Below are positions 12,402-26,262 of a stretch of DNA of 64,000 bases, one piece after another (within the stretch, counting starts at the first letter, position 1; each line of letters begins with the position of its first letter). The translations under genes and the position numbers were made by a program. Below the pieces are notes generated by a model that was given only the letters and a program-made list of their open reading frames with translations, had not been told where the DNA came from and did not search any database. The stretch is taken from assembly GCA_030704615.1 (NCBI GenBank), contig CM060734.1, forward strand, positions 20,646,001 through 20,710,000. Direction: 5' to 3'. The DNA comes from Takakia lepidozioides. Its lineage: Eukaryota; Plantae; Bryophyta.

Positions 12402-13299
12402 CTGCAGTAACCACGACATGATTCAGGGAAGGGAATCCGGAGAAATGCAAAGCAAGGAGCAGGCAAAGCAAAGTGGGATGTTAAAACACCATGGAGCTTG
12501 GAAAATCTCCTTTGGTAAAACTGCTGAGAGACAGTGGGAGAGGGGCACTAATATACACTACAAGAGAAACAGGGTTTTACGACTGGGTTTCATGACTAAT
12601 TTTTTAGTCAAAAGTCCCTCATGACTAATAGTCAACCTCGTCGTAGGGCCATGGAGTCGTCAAAACCTGACAGTCATATATCCCATGACTAGCTCCAAGA
12701 CAAGTGACATGTCATCTGACCAGGCTGACCAGAGGCTGACGTGTAGTCATATATACTGGCGTGGTGACAACTGCAGACATCGGCGTGGAGGACACGTTTG
12801 TGAGGCGCCTGATTGACACCTATAGGCACACACATGACTAGACATGACTAGTATATGCATGACTGCAAACTATTGAATGTGACACGTGCCCAATTGCGGA
12901 CCATACAATGCAGTCATGTGACTATTGGTATCGACACGTGTCGCCTTGGCAATGCATTCTGTATTTTAGATTGTCATATGGAAGGACACGTGTCCATTTT
13001 GTATTGGTCATGCACATGACTCTATGACTAAGAAATTATAAGAATAACGAACAGTATCTACCCAGCAGTCACTTTGAAACATGCAAAGAAAGACACTGAA
13101 GAGAGAAAAACACATCAATGTGTAACATCAGCCAATATGTGCGGGACATGGCAAGTCAACGATGAAATTAAAAAACAAGGTCCACACATCATCCGCATAT
13201 TGTAGCCTGCTGTCTGCTTGTATTCCTTGTAAACTCACACAATCCCCTCATCCTGCCCTCCTGTCTACTTTCAATAGTTTGTGACTCCAAAGAGTCACA

Positions 13300-13560
13300 G
13301 TCAGTGCCTACAGTATCTCCCAATTCCTTGTGCAGGTTGTGCAAAAGTGTTGAAGTACGGCAAAGGAGCACTTCTAATGACAGCTTCCTGAATAAATACA
13401 GCTGCGTATCCTTCTGACACAACAGGGTACCCGTCACAGACCTTGGTCCTTATTAAACCAACGACAAATCCATATCCAGCCTTGGACTTTGATGCTGCCT
13501 CTATTAATCGAACTCTCTCTCCCACAGTGAACTGCCATCCCTCCCAAACCACATACATAT
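13300..13560 (-). pseudogene. CACTA TnpA/Tnp1-like C-terminal domain remnant
   Basis: VGERVRLIEAASKSKAGYGFVVG...YAAVFIQEAVIRSAPLPY...(fs)ELGDTVGT resembles the En/Spm TnpA C-terminal pattern and lies just inside the CACTA end. Confidence 0.5.
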
Positions 13561-13569
13561 ATGATCAAA

Positions 13570-16030
13570 AGTGTCAACGCCTCATAAATGCAAAAAATGA
13601 CCATAAATTACTTATAAGGCCCATGATGATAAGTCATCCCAGAATCCCTCTCTACACCACATTGCTGTTTGAAGTATGACATAAACTAGAGCAAAAGCTC
13701 ACTCTAAATACATTCATTTCAAAAAAAGGCCTTCCAGTTCACAAAGAGCAGAAACACCAAGGAAGATACACTCTCCATACTGACCAACATATGGATTTCG
13801 GCCAGGTGCAGCTGATGGTCCTGCAACATATAAATCATCACTCACAAGGCTCCATGATGAAAAAGTCATCCCAAAAGCTCTCTCTACACCACATTGATGT
13901 TTCAGTATGACAAAGTAGAGCACAATGGAGCCCACTCTAAATACATCCATTTCCAAGAGGCCTTTTAGTTAACAAAGAACAGAAACTGATTACTAGGAGG
14001 ATTCAGTCTGTAGAGACCAGATTGTTCTCATACAACTTGAACTAAAAGCACACTCCACCTGCCTCACAATGTACACACCAAACAGTCTTTATTAGGGAAA
14101 AATATGTTCGAAGCCACATATTTGAGCAGACATACCTTTATATGGATTTCCAGGTGCTGCCGACCGTCCTACAACATACAAACAATCTGATCCATAATTT
14201 ACTCAGAAATGTCCACACTAATAAGGCTCTCCCGCAGAAGTTTTCCCTCTACAACTCCGGAAAGGAGGTCACAACGCTGTCCCAATACAACATAAACAAC
14301 AGCACCAAGGAGCACACTCCCAGTGCATCAATTTTGAGTGAAGCGTCGTCCCAGGCAGCAAACAAGACATATGTTAAAAGAAGGTTTCACCCTTCACCAC
14401 TACATTGCTCGTCCAACTTGGACTCAGAGCACAGTTCATGCCTCGTGATTTAAAGCACAAAACATTGCAAAAAAGAGGTTGAACCCACGTATTTGAGCAC
14501 ACAAGAGCATTAAACCGACAAGGTACTGAGCAAAGAAACTGACCAACATATGGATTTCCAGGTGCAGCCGATGGCCCTGTAACATATCAACCAGCAAGAC
14601 CATAATTTATTCACAAACGTCCACAACAACAAGTCTTCCCCAAACTGACGAAGGCCACCACATTGCTGTTGTGATACCATATTAAACCATGGCACAATAG
14701 ATGCCACTTTCAATGCCTCAAATCAGTGAGGCAACCCAGCTAACAAACAACAGAAATTGATTACAGGAAACTTCCACCCTCCATGGACTACACTTCCGGC
14801 CCTAGTACAACTTTTAACTTAGACCCTGCTTCATCCGCCTCCATCAGCCAGACAATTTCACTTGAGACAAACTGCTTGAACTCACATAGTTCAGAATTTA
14901 AGAACTGGACACTGACCAGGTACTGAGCAAAATTACTGACCAACATATGGATTTTCAGGTGGACCCTGCAACATAAAAACAATTAAATCCATAATTGACC
15001 CATATTAAGGTTCCCCTAGAATCTTTTAGTCTACACCTTTGTCACAAAGAAACCACATTGCTGTTCCAATATGGTATAAACTACACCACAATACAGGCCG
15101 CTCTAAATGCATCAATTTGGATAAGTCATCCCAGCTATCAACAACAGAAACTGATTTGCAAGGAGCTTTCACTTTCCACATACTACATTGCCCTAGCACG
15201 ATTCAAACTAAGAGCCAACTACATCTGCCTGACAAAGTTGTACAAGCCCCAAGTTCTTTCAATCGGAAAAAGAAGTTTGGGCAATTAAAGCTATCCACTG
15301 AGCAGGTACTGAGTGAAGACACTGACCAACATATGGATTTCCTGGTGCACCCGATGGCCCTGCAACATACAAACCAATCAAGTCCATAATATACTCACAA
15401 AGGTCCACAATGGTAAGTCTTCCCCAGAAACTTTCCCTCTACACCATGTCACAATGGAGACCACATTGCTGTTGCAATCGGACAAATAAAATCTCAAGAG
15501 AGGTCATTGAAAATTCAGCCATTAAGTGAGGCCTGCAAGTCAATAAAAAACATATATTGATTACAAGGTACCAATGCTTAGATACACAATGGAAGAAAAG
15601 GCAGAGCAGAGGTACTTACGAGTATACTGATACCCCTCTCTTCCAGACTGATATGTATCTCTTCCAGACCCCTCTTTTCTAGACTGATTATACCCATCTC
15701 TTCCAGTTCCAGAGGGCGGGCCTGCAACATAGTCCCTTGACTTTGTTAAAGACTTCAGTCCAGTTCCCAGAAGCTTGTCCTCTACATGAGTGAGAGACAA
15801 GTGACCAGACTGCTCTTCCAACTAAGAGCATCAGGCACCATTTCTAAAACCACATCTCCAATAAGGCGTATTAATTTGCAGCCGACCCAACTTGAAGAAG
15901 CAAAACGCTTGGACACACACATGAATAATAAGCTACCATTGCATTCGACAAAAATAAGGCAGGGTACGTACTAGCAGGTTGATAACCCTCATCAGCTTCC
16001 TGTCCGGGTTCATAAGGTGGCCCTGCAAGA
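13570..16030 (-). repeat. Degenerate tandem exon-intron units (about 360-400 bp period) with phase-1 microexons
   Basis: Core ACTGACCAACATATGGATTTCCAGGTGCA...CCTGCAACATA at roughly 13780, 14140, 14540, 14935 and 15320; related exons at about 15620-15722 and 15972-16023. Confidence 0.75.
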
Positions 16031-16369
16031 CACAGACCCCTCCTCTATTTATTTGAGTTTGTTGGCATCCCATCACTCAGGTCACAGTGCATTGAACTTC
16101 TTCGTCTGGTTTCTGTAAGCATACTCTACACCAGTGGGAAACCGAGAAACACATCGATTGCCCAAGATACTTGAACCAGCAGCACAAACATCTCCCAACC
16201 ACATTATGTGAGGGTTCTTGTCATGTGTGAAAGTTTATGTGATATTTCGATTCCCCTTGTGATTGCTGCTTTCCAGATTCGGACTCATTTGGGACTCATT
16301 TGTAATTATTTGGGACTTCGATATGACCAGGGTGCGAAAGAAGGTTTTTGTCATTGATAACCTGAGTTT

Positions 16370-17800
16370 GGTGCTGACGGTGGATCAGGAGGAAGGGAAG
16401 ATGCCAAGGCAAAGAGAGAAGTAAAATATAGGGCACGGATGGGGTTATCCACTGCCAGCCCTGCTGCTACTATTGACGGAGTAACACCAAAAGCCTCTGT
16501 GACGGCCACATATTTCACCGCTGCATCACCAGAATAAAGCCACCAGTGAAGCGATAAACCCAACCCATTCATGCAAAACTCCAGCTCATAGTGCAACTGT
16601 CTGGGCAGCAAAGAAAGAGAATGCAACCCCAATTGTCCAGCAAAGAAATAAATTGGGAACATTGTTTGGCCACACAACTTACCCATTACCTTAATTCTAT
16701 GGTTGCACCTTTGTTGAAGGCCAATGATAGAGCTGTCTTAGAGACCAAGAACTGTTGCAACTTTATTCTCTAAATACATCCCAAGTTTTTGTCTTTCATC
16801 CAGGCCTTTGATCAGCTCTCTTCTGTGCTGTTCTACTATATACATCTCTTTATTGCCAAGCTTGCATATGAGCAGTTTCATGCCATTTCAATCAAGTATA
16901 TACATGAGTCTCTGTATCCCTCAGCAACATCTTCAGAAAAAATTCACCGAGGAACCAGGAAAAGAGAACTGACCTCCTCCAATATGGCGGCTCATGAGAA
17001 CAGCATCAATCTTCCAGCCATCAGAGGGCCCAATGATCTCAACGGCACCAACACCATCGCAGCTAGCGTACGCGGGATGGTCACCACTGCCACCCATTGA
17101 ATTACACCAGCATAAGCGCGCCCAGCTACAGGCTAGCTGCAACAAAAGAGCCACATGTTCTCATTCTCCATCCTAGCTCGAGCATTGACAGAATGGAAGG
17201 TGGAGGGCATATATATAAATACAGCTACAATTGTAGATACATAGCTATTCAATCAAATACCCCATTGTGGATTATTTTAAAGAGCATTACCAAACCTGTT
17301 GGAACATGCTGCAGAACATATGTAGTGAATACATTTGGAGTAATCCCCAGATACATTTGAAATGCACCAGAATAACAGAGTATGGTCTTACCCTTAATGA
17401 GGGTCACACTAACTGAATATCAGACTACTGACATCATCCTACACAACAAAGACTTCATCAGCTGTCAACAGTGGATCGGAACTACAGCATTGAATTCAGT
17501 TTGGCGTGCTGGGAAGTGGTGCGGTACTGGTAGTGGTTACCCTTCTTATAAGTATTGAAGTAACAAAGTGTGGTGGAGGGTAGCAGTTTTACCAGAACCA
17601 ATGCAGAAAACAATCAGGAGACGGCCAGTGGAAGCCAGCACTCGGCGCATGTTCGCAGCAAAGAGCAGCAAGGGGGAGCAAAAACCTATTGACTATCCCA
17701 CTCGTAGGTACATCTGCTGCAATGATGCCCACATTGCTTGCCATTAATGCCACCAAAGTGCTCACCAGAGCCCCACGCAATGTGCTCCCTTTTCCGACCT
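16370..17800 (-). pseudogene. Captured exons and introns of a DUF819 (YjcL-like) membrane protein gene
   Basis: Three exons in gene order: GALVSTLVALMASNVGII...FLLPLA; DGWKIDAVLMSRHIGG; AVKYVAVTEAFGVTPSIVAAGLAVDN...YFTSLFALAS. Confidence 0.8.
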
Positions 17801-17900
17801 TCATCCATCATAGACCACATGCTCATTGTCACCATTTTGTGAGGGTTTCTATGTCAAGATAGTATGACATGTTGAAGCATAACTCCATAAAAACATCACT

Positions 17901-19110
17901 TTACCAGTAATCCCCACAGGAACAAACCCCATCTTCAAAGTGGTGAAAGTGGTCACGTCCCGTACAACAATTGCTCTGCCAACAATCTTTGAGATGAACT
18001 TGGGGCAGTGCTCATGATCAGCCAAAACCAATGGCCAATTTCTTCCTGTGGTGGCAAAGAGAAAACTCCTTTTGCTCCTCCCTCACATCATGCAATACAA
18101 AGTGCTTGTCAGGCACATACCCTGCCTCCTTCATCCATACGTTCAGCCATCTCCACATTGCCATGGATTCTGCAGGGACCAAGCAAGGCCTTCCACACCA
18201 CAACATCTCGTTTGATTGGCATTTTCTTAATGAGGTCCTCCGCCTCATCCAAGTGCCCTGCATGTCCAAGGAGGTCCACCACACAACCAAAGTGCTTAAT
18301 GTCAGGGCGACACCATGATCTTGACTCAGGAATAACAGTAGCCGCATCTTCCTTCATCCAGTAGGCCAGTGTAGCTGCATGCAGAGAGAACACATATAAA
18401 GGCGATATTATCCGGCTCAAGCCTTCTTTTTGCATTCCTTCAATTAGTTGCAGGGCATCCCTATGACAACCATGCTTGGCATATCCTGCGATCATCCCGT
18501 TCCAGGGACACCACATCTCGTTCGACCATATTGTCGAACACTCCCTTTGCATCATCCATGCTACCACATTTGGCATACATGTCCAGGGCAGTGTTCAGAA
18601 TGACATCTGCTACAAATCCAGCTTTGATGATGTCACCATGGACCTCTTTGCCCTTTTCCAGGGCTGCCAGATTCGCACACACATTGCAAATGCAAACAAA
18701 CGTGATGTGGTTGGGCTTCACCCCTTCCTCATTTGCACATACAACTCCAAAGCCTCCATCACACGCCTACTGCGCATATCCTACGATCATCAGATTCCAC
18801 GACACCACATCTCGTTCAGCCACATTGTCGAACACTCCCTTTGCATCCTCAATACACCCACATTGGCATACATGTCCACGAGGGTATTGTTCAGAATGAC
18901 ATCTGGAACAATCCTAGCTTTGACGATGTCACCATGGAGCTCTTTGCCCTTTCCCAGGGCTACAAATGTGATGTGGTTGCGCTTCACCCCTTCCTGTATC
19001 ATTTGCTCATGAACAGGTCTGCAAAGCCTCCATCCCACGCCCCTGCGATCATTGCCTTCCATGACAGAACATCTCGCTTGGCCAAATGCTCAAACACTCC
19101 TTCTGCGAAT
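17901..19110 (-). pseudogene. PLS-PPR-E-DYW RNA editing factor pseudogene
   Basis: PLS motifs, then HFGCVVDLLGHAGHLDEAEDLIKKMPIKRDVVVWKALLGPCRIHGN, GYVPDKHFVLHDV, HHRKKLAIGFG, KFISKIVGRAIVVRD and HHFEDGVCSCGDYW* (stop 17901-17903). The catalytic Glu and the CxxC block are lost. Confidence 0.92.
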
Positions 19111-20339
19111 TGCTATATCCTATGCGCATTGCCAAGGGTGAAAACCAAACCCTTATTTGCCCAGCTCCGCCCAGTTCCTGTTTCAGTTCGATTCTAAGAA
19201 AACAAATGGTGGCGCAGGAGACGAAAAAACCAGAAAGGAGGCTAAGTCCCAGGCCTATGTTCACGGCTGAATTTCATTTTCAACCCTATAAGCAACTTTT
19301 TGATTTTTCTTTAACCTTTTGCACTTTGTGTCATTCTAGTGGTCCAAGGCTCAAATCCTGCTACCAGGCTTGTCCTGCCTATGTGTTTACAGGTGTACAA
19401 GACACTTCATCCTATCCTAGACATACTCACGACTCTTAGTCATATGAACCATGACATGTCATCACATCCTAGACGTAGACACGACTATTAGTCATATATT
19501 GAAGGCAAATAACACTACTGGCTCTTCAAGTTTGTCACGCCCTCTTCGAATAATAAATACTCCAAGAAAGCAGCCGCAATTTGTCTCGCGACTTTCCTCG
19601 TCATATTTTGCCATATGTTGGCATCTTCTTGATCATGTTTGAATCAACACATCTATTCCTGCATCTATCCCACTGTATGGTCACCAATGATTAATTTCTG
19701 CCTAACCCAGCCAACTATCTATTCCCTTGCCTCGTCCGTCCCTCGGACTCAAATACTACCCAGGCTACAACTCTTCCTTCTGCTACGATGGTAGGCGCTC
19801 TTGCAGTGGCTCCCCTTCGTTGCCCTCTCGCCAGAAGCGAGCCAGTGCCTTTTGATCAGCTCCGCTGGACTAGCCACACACGGACGATCGTTGTCCGCCT
19901 GCTACTCTCTAACAGTGCTACAACATATCCTAGCGCTCCAATGTAGCAGAGCCAACAGTCGTGCTTCCCTCTGGTGTAGTGTACAAGAGCGATGACGTCT
20001 TGGTCGAGCTGGTCCTCGCTCATTCTCTACTTCGTTGGCTTGCCTATCTTCCTATCCGGATTATTGCCCTCCGATGGCTACGCTGTGAAAACACAATGTT
20101 GCGCATTGGGGCCAAGCTCCTAGTGCTGAATTGTACAATCATGCAAGATACAACCAACATAATGGCAAATGACACGCACAGAGCACATTTCCTAAAGTTC
20201 TCCCTTCGTACTCCCTTTACTACTAAGGTGACTCCAAATCTGGGTGCCTGAATACCTTGTTCTGTACCGATACAATGAGGGTTGCAGCCTAGTTTCTCTC
20301 TTGTGCTACTTGAACGTGCTTGGTTTAACAGCCCTTTTC

Positions 20340-20600
20340 TCTCCCAATTTGAGAACTCACACCCCTGTCAAAAAACACCCATCCTCTCCTACTTCAAAGA
20401 TCGCCACATCACTAATTTCACCCAACTCACTACAGCCACTGGTAACCGAGTATTAACTCCATGCCAATTTACCCTGAAACACTCCCGTGCTACTATCAAA
20501 ACAAGACGGTGCCTACAACATCTTCGTACCTTAATCTGTCACCCGACAGCCTCTTTCACCATTGACTGCGACCTCCCATGCTCACTCTTCCCCCACAATT
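20340..20600 (+). mobile_element. Probable LINE fragment (post-RT region)
   Basis: C/A-rich open frame (ITNFTQLTTATGNRVLTPCQF...) with the same compositional bias as the LINE pieces at 48178-49541 and 58700-60795; no diagnostic motif. Confidence 0.3.
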
Positions 20601-20821
20601 CAAACAAGATCTTCTTCTTGAATTCTGGATAGCCCGGCCGCCTCTATACTCCAAATGCTCAAGGCCTCCCAAACAACTAATGTGTGCACCCCGCCAGGCA
20701 CCCCACCTCCCCCCCCCATCTACCCCACCTCCCCCATCACCCGACGCAAAACTAACACAACTCCGATCCACCCCCCTTGACCCTACATACTCGGATCCCC
20801 CCCCCACTTACCCCCCCCACC

Positions 20822-21000
20822 CACTACAAGAGGAATTGGTTTTTGTCACAACATGGGGGGGTCACACTTTGCACAATCCACGGATCATATGACACCTGTG
20901 TGGACTAGAGAAAAGTGTGGCAGAACCGGGCCCGATGTGTCACGCCTTTGATGGCTTAAATCACACCTGAATAGTCAACGGGTGGAAACTTAGGGTTGAC
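20822..21000 (+). mobile_element. Orphan CACTA terminus
   Basis: CACTACAAGAGGAATTGGTTTTTGTCAC followed by GTCACA/GTGTG subterminal-like repeats; no matching partner TIR found. Confidence 0.55.
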
Positions 21001-24000
21001 CCCTATATAATATCCAAGTTGGCAACATGAAAAAAAAAAAAAAAAAAAAACAATGCCGCCTGGCATAAATTGATTCGTTCAACCGCATGGCCCGCCGTCA
21101 TAAGTGTGAATTGTGTGCAATGGTATGGCAAATGCTTGGCAGCCAGGTTCTGAATTGTCTAACTCAGCGTCTTACTTCCAAAAGATGATGATGCGTGGCA
21201 TGAGTTCCTATGTGCGGTGTGCAGTGTGCGGCCACTTTGGCGGACTTAGACTTAGGACTAGGATTGCGGGGCGTTCAACCGAGACTTAGCATTTTTTTCG
21301 TTTTCTTTGTCCAATGTGCCACCATCTGGGCATAAGTATGATGAGAGGAAGTGCTTGCATTATCTGCAGATCGGCGTGAGAAAAGACTCGCCTTCCTCAC
21401 TAGTCGTTTTCAAAGACCACTCTACAATCTCCAAACTGCAAACATAAGTTGGGTTAGCATCTGTGTAAATCTGGACATGTTCGTTGTTTATCATCGTGTA
21501 GAGCCCAATGGAGCCCAAAACAACTTGCATGAATGTTGTTGAAAGCTCACTAGCACCCCTCATTAAATGACCTTGTCAAAATCCCGATTGTAGATGCATA
21601 AATGGGTACAGTTTTATTTTCGGATCGTTTTTTATCCTTAGCCAGGCAGTTTCGGCATTGTGCTGCCAAATTATCACAAGTTGTTAGTTATTTTGGAACC
21701 GTTGGTAAAGCACTTAGGAATTAGATTAAGTCTGAGACGAGCATGAAGTTGAGTCTGGCGTCAAAACGACAGTAGGAAAGCTGCAAGGACAGCATAGTAG
21801 GCTACCAACACGGTACAACTAGCAGCAACTTGGAATTGTTTGAACTGTACAAGGGCGACTCTAAGGACGGGTTGCGATTTGTCTATTCTCCCCCTTCACT
21901 TATCTAGTAGGTCCACACGGCAACAACAGCAAGACGGTGCATCGGAACAATGACGGAACGGACGACTTCGGAGCGGAGCGTGGCCAGCCAACGGTACGAA
22001 TGGGTAGTTGGAGGTGACTTCCGAGGGTTCAAGATCAAGTGGCAGGATCCAAGACTCCAGGGGCATCACCATTAGGAGAATTTCCTGGGAAACAACAGAC
22101 TTCATACGCAGCGGATCCACAGAGAACGGCGTTTGGAATTGGTTTTTAACTCCGATTGACCTGAGGATTTACAGGCAATTACGGAGCACCTAATCATAAT
22201 TTATCGCCAAGTTTTGTGATTTATGGTTAAGGTTATCAACGGCACCGAATTACAAGGCTACGGCACTTGCGGCGACCGATTTAAATGATTTTCTATGGAT
22301 TTCATTGGAGAAAAAGGCTCAAATTCGCCTTAAAAGGTTGAGCGGACTATATCCGCCACCTAGCGGTCAAATAGGATGAGGAAAATCCCTTTGACCGGTT
22401 TCTCGGATGAGTTCCATCCAAATGTTTGTTTATTGAACTTTAATAGTTTTTTTTAAATTATATCTCCCTTTAGTTTATATTAGTTTAAGACTATCCTACA
22501 ATATGTTAAGAGCCCCAAAAACAGTATAAAAGAAGGGCAAGGCTTCCTTGTTTCTTCACCTAGTTCATTTCTTTGCTTTGCTCTTGCTTTGTTGTAGTTT
22601 AGTTTGCTAGAGGGAGCCTAGGTCATAGGGAGTGGAGCTTGAAGCTCCCTAGTTAGGAAAGAGTGTTGATTTTGAGAGCTAAGGCGAGGAAGCTAGCTCA
22701 TTGTGGGCCTTGAGGCCATTTGCTTTGATAAAGAAGGAAGTTCGTGATCACTAGAGAGTAGATTGGAGAGAAACGAGTAAAGAGCTATGGGTGGACAATG
22801 TTGACATGCACCTAGAGAAAGGGCCTCACAAGAGCCACACCATCGAGCCATTAGAGCATCCCAAGCTCCCATTGCTCCTAAGGTTGATAAACCACTTACC
22901 TTACTTTGCTTTGATGTTTGCTTTGCTATTCCATTTGAGTTTGCAAGACAGGCCCATGAGAGGCTGTCTCTTATATGTGAAAAACTAACCCTCTAAGGAA
23001 AGAGGAGAGCTTAGTTGAGAGAGAAAGGTTCATTTGTTAAAGGAGCAAGGACTCGCCATAGATCCATAGGATCATATATATATTTCTTTATTGTTGTGCT
23101 TTTGAGTTTTTAAAGTGAAAAGGTTCCGGAAAGAGAGGACCAGCAAGGTGGTTAGTATTTAGGAGGGCCAGGGTGGCTATACTAACTCACTAACCCACCC
23201 TAATAGACAGGGAGATCTTAGAGTAGGGGGTGGGGTTTCGTTTTTTTGTTTATTCCCATTATGAGGCGCCATTGAGGCCCGCTCAAGCAGGGATAGAGTC
23301 GCCATAAGCTTAAGAGGCGAGGGAACTTTGTGCGTTGGACCCCGCAGCCACGCGCCGAGGCCGCGGGGCCTGCGTTCACTGTCGTACTTGAGGACAGGAC
23401 ACACACGCGCGGCAAAGCAGAAGCGTGTGGGCAGGCTGAGAGCCCCGCGCGCAGGATAGCCGGGCGGCTGCGATTGGCGGCGGACCGTTGGACGGCGTAG
23501 CAAACATACACTGGACGGACCGCTGGGTAACCCGCATGTGTGGCCACGCCTAAGCGGGCTCCGCCACGCGTCCACGGAGCTTTTACCCAGCGGACGCCCC
23601 CGTGGGGGGGGGTGTTTAAGGGGGTTTTTTGAACCCTTCTCTATTGTTTATTGGGGATAGCCCCTTAGCTTTGATTTTTGTTGTATCAACAGATTTAATG
23701 GTAGGAAAAATTTGAGAGCCGGGGAGGAGATAGCTTAGAGAGTGGCCTCTCTTTTGGATCGGGCCTTTGAGATTGAGGAGCTCCGAGCCCCGAGCTACAC
23801 GCCGAGACAGCGGCAAAGAGGTTTTGGGTACAAACTACTCTATCCTAGTTTTTAGGCTACAGTAGTGAATAGTGAAAGGGAGAAAGGTAGGGGACGACTT
23901 ATTCTACGGTAGGAAAGCGCTCTTGCTCCCTTATTTAATTATATCCTCTAAGAGCCTGGAGGGAGAATCGGCTGGGCCCACCAGGCAGGGTAGGTCGCGG

Positions 24001-24528
24001 CAGTACCATGCACGTTTTGGCTGGCGGATGAACTTCGATTTCATCCACCTCTGTGGTTCCGTCGGGCAGGGGCGGTGGTTCCCCCCATGCGGGAACAAGT
24101 TCCCGGGGTTCCCAACGATCAGATGCGTTCTCAAGGCATTCCCCGTGGCCCCTGCAGGTAATTCCTGGATCCCTGGGATCTGGAGCAGATTCTCTGCCCA
24201 GTGGTCATTTTTATTATTTTTCCATTTATTTATTTATTTGAGGTTATTTGTTGGAAAGGAAAATAGGAGAAATTGGCTTATAGCTTTGGAATTGATTTAA
24301 ACCCTTCGGCCCCTAGATTTGGGAGGTTCGGAAGGGGTGTTGGCCCGTCCTGAGAGGTGCTTGAATTCAACCACCCAGGAATCGGAGGGGCCTTGAGGAA
24401 GGGAGGATCTCCCTTTCTCCCTAAACCCGGTAGGTGCTTTGTGAAGGGACGAAAGGAAGTCCCGGCTATAAGCGGCTCGAGGGTTTAGGCTAGTAGGACG
24501 TAGTAATAAACAAAGACTTGGATGGCAA

Positions 24529-25197
24529 TTAAAAAACTGAAAATACATAAAATGATCTTGCCCTGTGCTCATCCACATCCACATGACCCGATGGCAAATC
24601 GAACAATTGCTGCAAGTACTGGGGAGTAATTTCTATTTCTACTCCCCTCACCTGGGTAACCCCTGTCCGAGGCTCAAAGCTTTGAAGAAATTGAATCATA
24701 TACTGCCGATGATGCAAGGACCAGTCCTTGCGTAGCAGCCCCTCCAATCGCAACTCCCTCAGCAGCTGCACTGCCTGTGGTGTAGCAATTGTTTCCTTCT
24801 GCAGAATCGTGGTGCTCTTTACCCTGATATCCTCCATTCCCCTCACTCTCTTCATTCTAGACAAACAAAAAGGCCTTATTTGGAACAGTTGTAGGAAAGC
24901 TTGTAGGGCACAGAGCATAAAGGTATGGTTGGCACAGAATGGAACGGGTAAATGCGTATAAGCTTGTGGGGCTTGCAAGTATCGAGTGAGAGAGAATGTA
25001 CTCTCAACCCGTCCGTCCTTGCGCCACTGTGTGAGAAGTAAAGCGAGCGTGTAATCTGTAATATCCGCCATAGCTACAAAGCTATAGCTTTGATTGCCCC
25101 TCCTGTCAAAACGCTGGTTATTCGGAGCCACCCCGACTCTTGCGCTCATAACCCTGCTAATTTCTTGTTCTTGTTTCTTGGAGGAAACCACCTGCAT
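24529..25197 (-). pseudogene. ORF with a plant retrotransposon accessory domain (Transposase_32/plant-mobile-like) fragment
   Basis: LRLEGLLRKDWSLHHRQYMIQFLQSFEPRTGVTQVRGVEIEITPQYLQQLFDLPSG fits the 'EF..n....VRG..I.itp..i...lp..G' pattern of extra ORFs in LTR elements. Confidence 0.5.
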
Positions 25198-25620
25198 GTA
25201 ATTCTCGCTCGTGATTGGCTATTGCCTCTTTGGGTAACTCCTTAATTTTACTCCCTTCAGTGGACATCCCCCCTGGAATGTCCACTAGGACAACACATGT
25301 GGCAAAAGTCCCCATTTTTTGTACTCGTAAAGGGTTCCGTTACCCTTGCCCTGAATGCATTAATGGGCCCACAATTAGTTTGGGTTGATGTACCGGGTAG
25401 GTACTTTGACGGCCCAATTTGTCTTCTTGCATGATGACACCCGCTTTTGCAATATATGCACTGCGGTGTGCTTCACCCTGACAACCACGTGTTCATTTCT
25501 AGACCTGCCTCCGTCATCCCATGTCCGCGTGGCACATTCTCCGAGTTTGACTTTCAAGCTGTCTTTTCTCCCGCCGGCCACTTTTCGAACGTTAACCCAC
25601 GTCCACCTGTCACTGACCAT

Positions 25621-25760
25621 ATGAGCTGTGTTGGGCTGTGACAGGTTGTGTCAAACTGTTACGAGCTGTGATAGGCTGTGTGACACTGTGGTGGGCTGTG
25701 ATAGGTTGTGTGATGCTGTGATGGACTGTGATAAGCTGTGTCACACTGTGATGGGCTGTG
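25621..25760. repeat. 10-bp minisatellite (NNNNNCTGTG x14) with a 30-bp higher-order period
   Basis: ATGGGCTGTG / ATAGGTTGTG / TCACACTGTG variants cycle in triplets. Confidence 0.85.
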
Positions 25761-26262
25761 GTAGGAACTAGAAACGCAACCTCGCCTTGTGAAGTAGAAA
25801 TTGTATTCTCTTTGCCGGTAGAATTATAATTGTTTGAGGATTCCCGCCACTAGCATTGCCGCGGACCCCTACACTAACCACAGTCGGGTGGGCGGTTCCT
25901 TGAGCCCAACCCATTCCGCTACACACCTCGACCCCTCCTAGCTAGTATGTCGTCACCCTGACCGCGCGTGTCGAGGGCTAGTCACCGATTGGCTGCACTG
26001 TGGTGGTTCTCACAGACCAATCCGACATTCACTACAACAGATTGCGGCTTTTATGACTCCCATGGGTGCGCAGTCATGACAGATTTGTGGCAGAAATGCC
26101 ATTTGCAACCGTAAAGGCCTTCGAAGTCATAACGCTGGTCTGGAGAAAGGCATATATGCGACTCCATGACTCCGGACTCTGCGCAACACAGGTCAAACAT
26201 GTTTGACCATGAATATTGGCATGGCGGATATGACTACCGGTCACGGTCATGGCTACACTGGA

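Larger units (their letters stand above)
12556..19510 (-). mobile_element. Pack-CACTA element in reverse orientation (one TIR at 12556; the other end is truncated near 19500)
   Basis: CACTACAAGAGAAACAGGGTTTTACGAC followed by dense CATGAC/GTCAT subterminal repeats. TnpA-like exons, DUF819 and PPR-DYW cargo are all on the minus strand. Family leader at 19200-19390. Confidence 0.7.

Noticed and set aside
21560-24500. Additional LTR retrotransposon
   Set aside because: The composition and a TATA-like motif look LTR-like, but I found no paired LTR, PBS or TSD.
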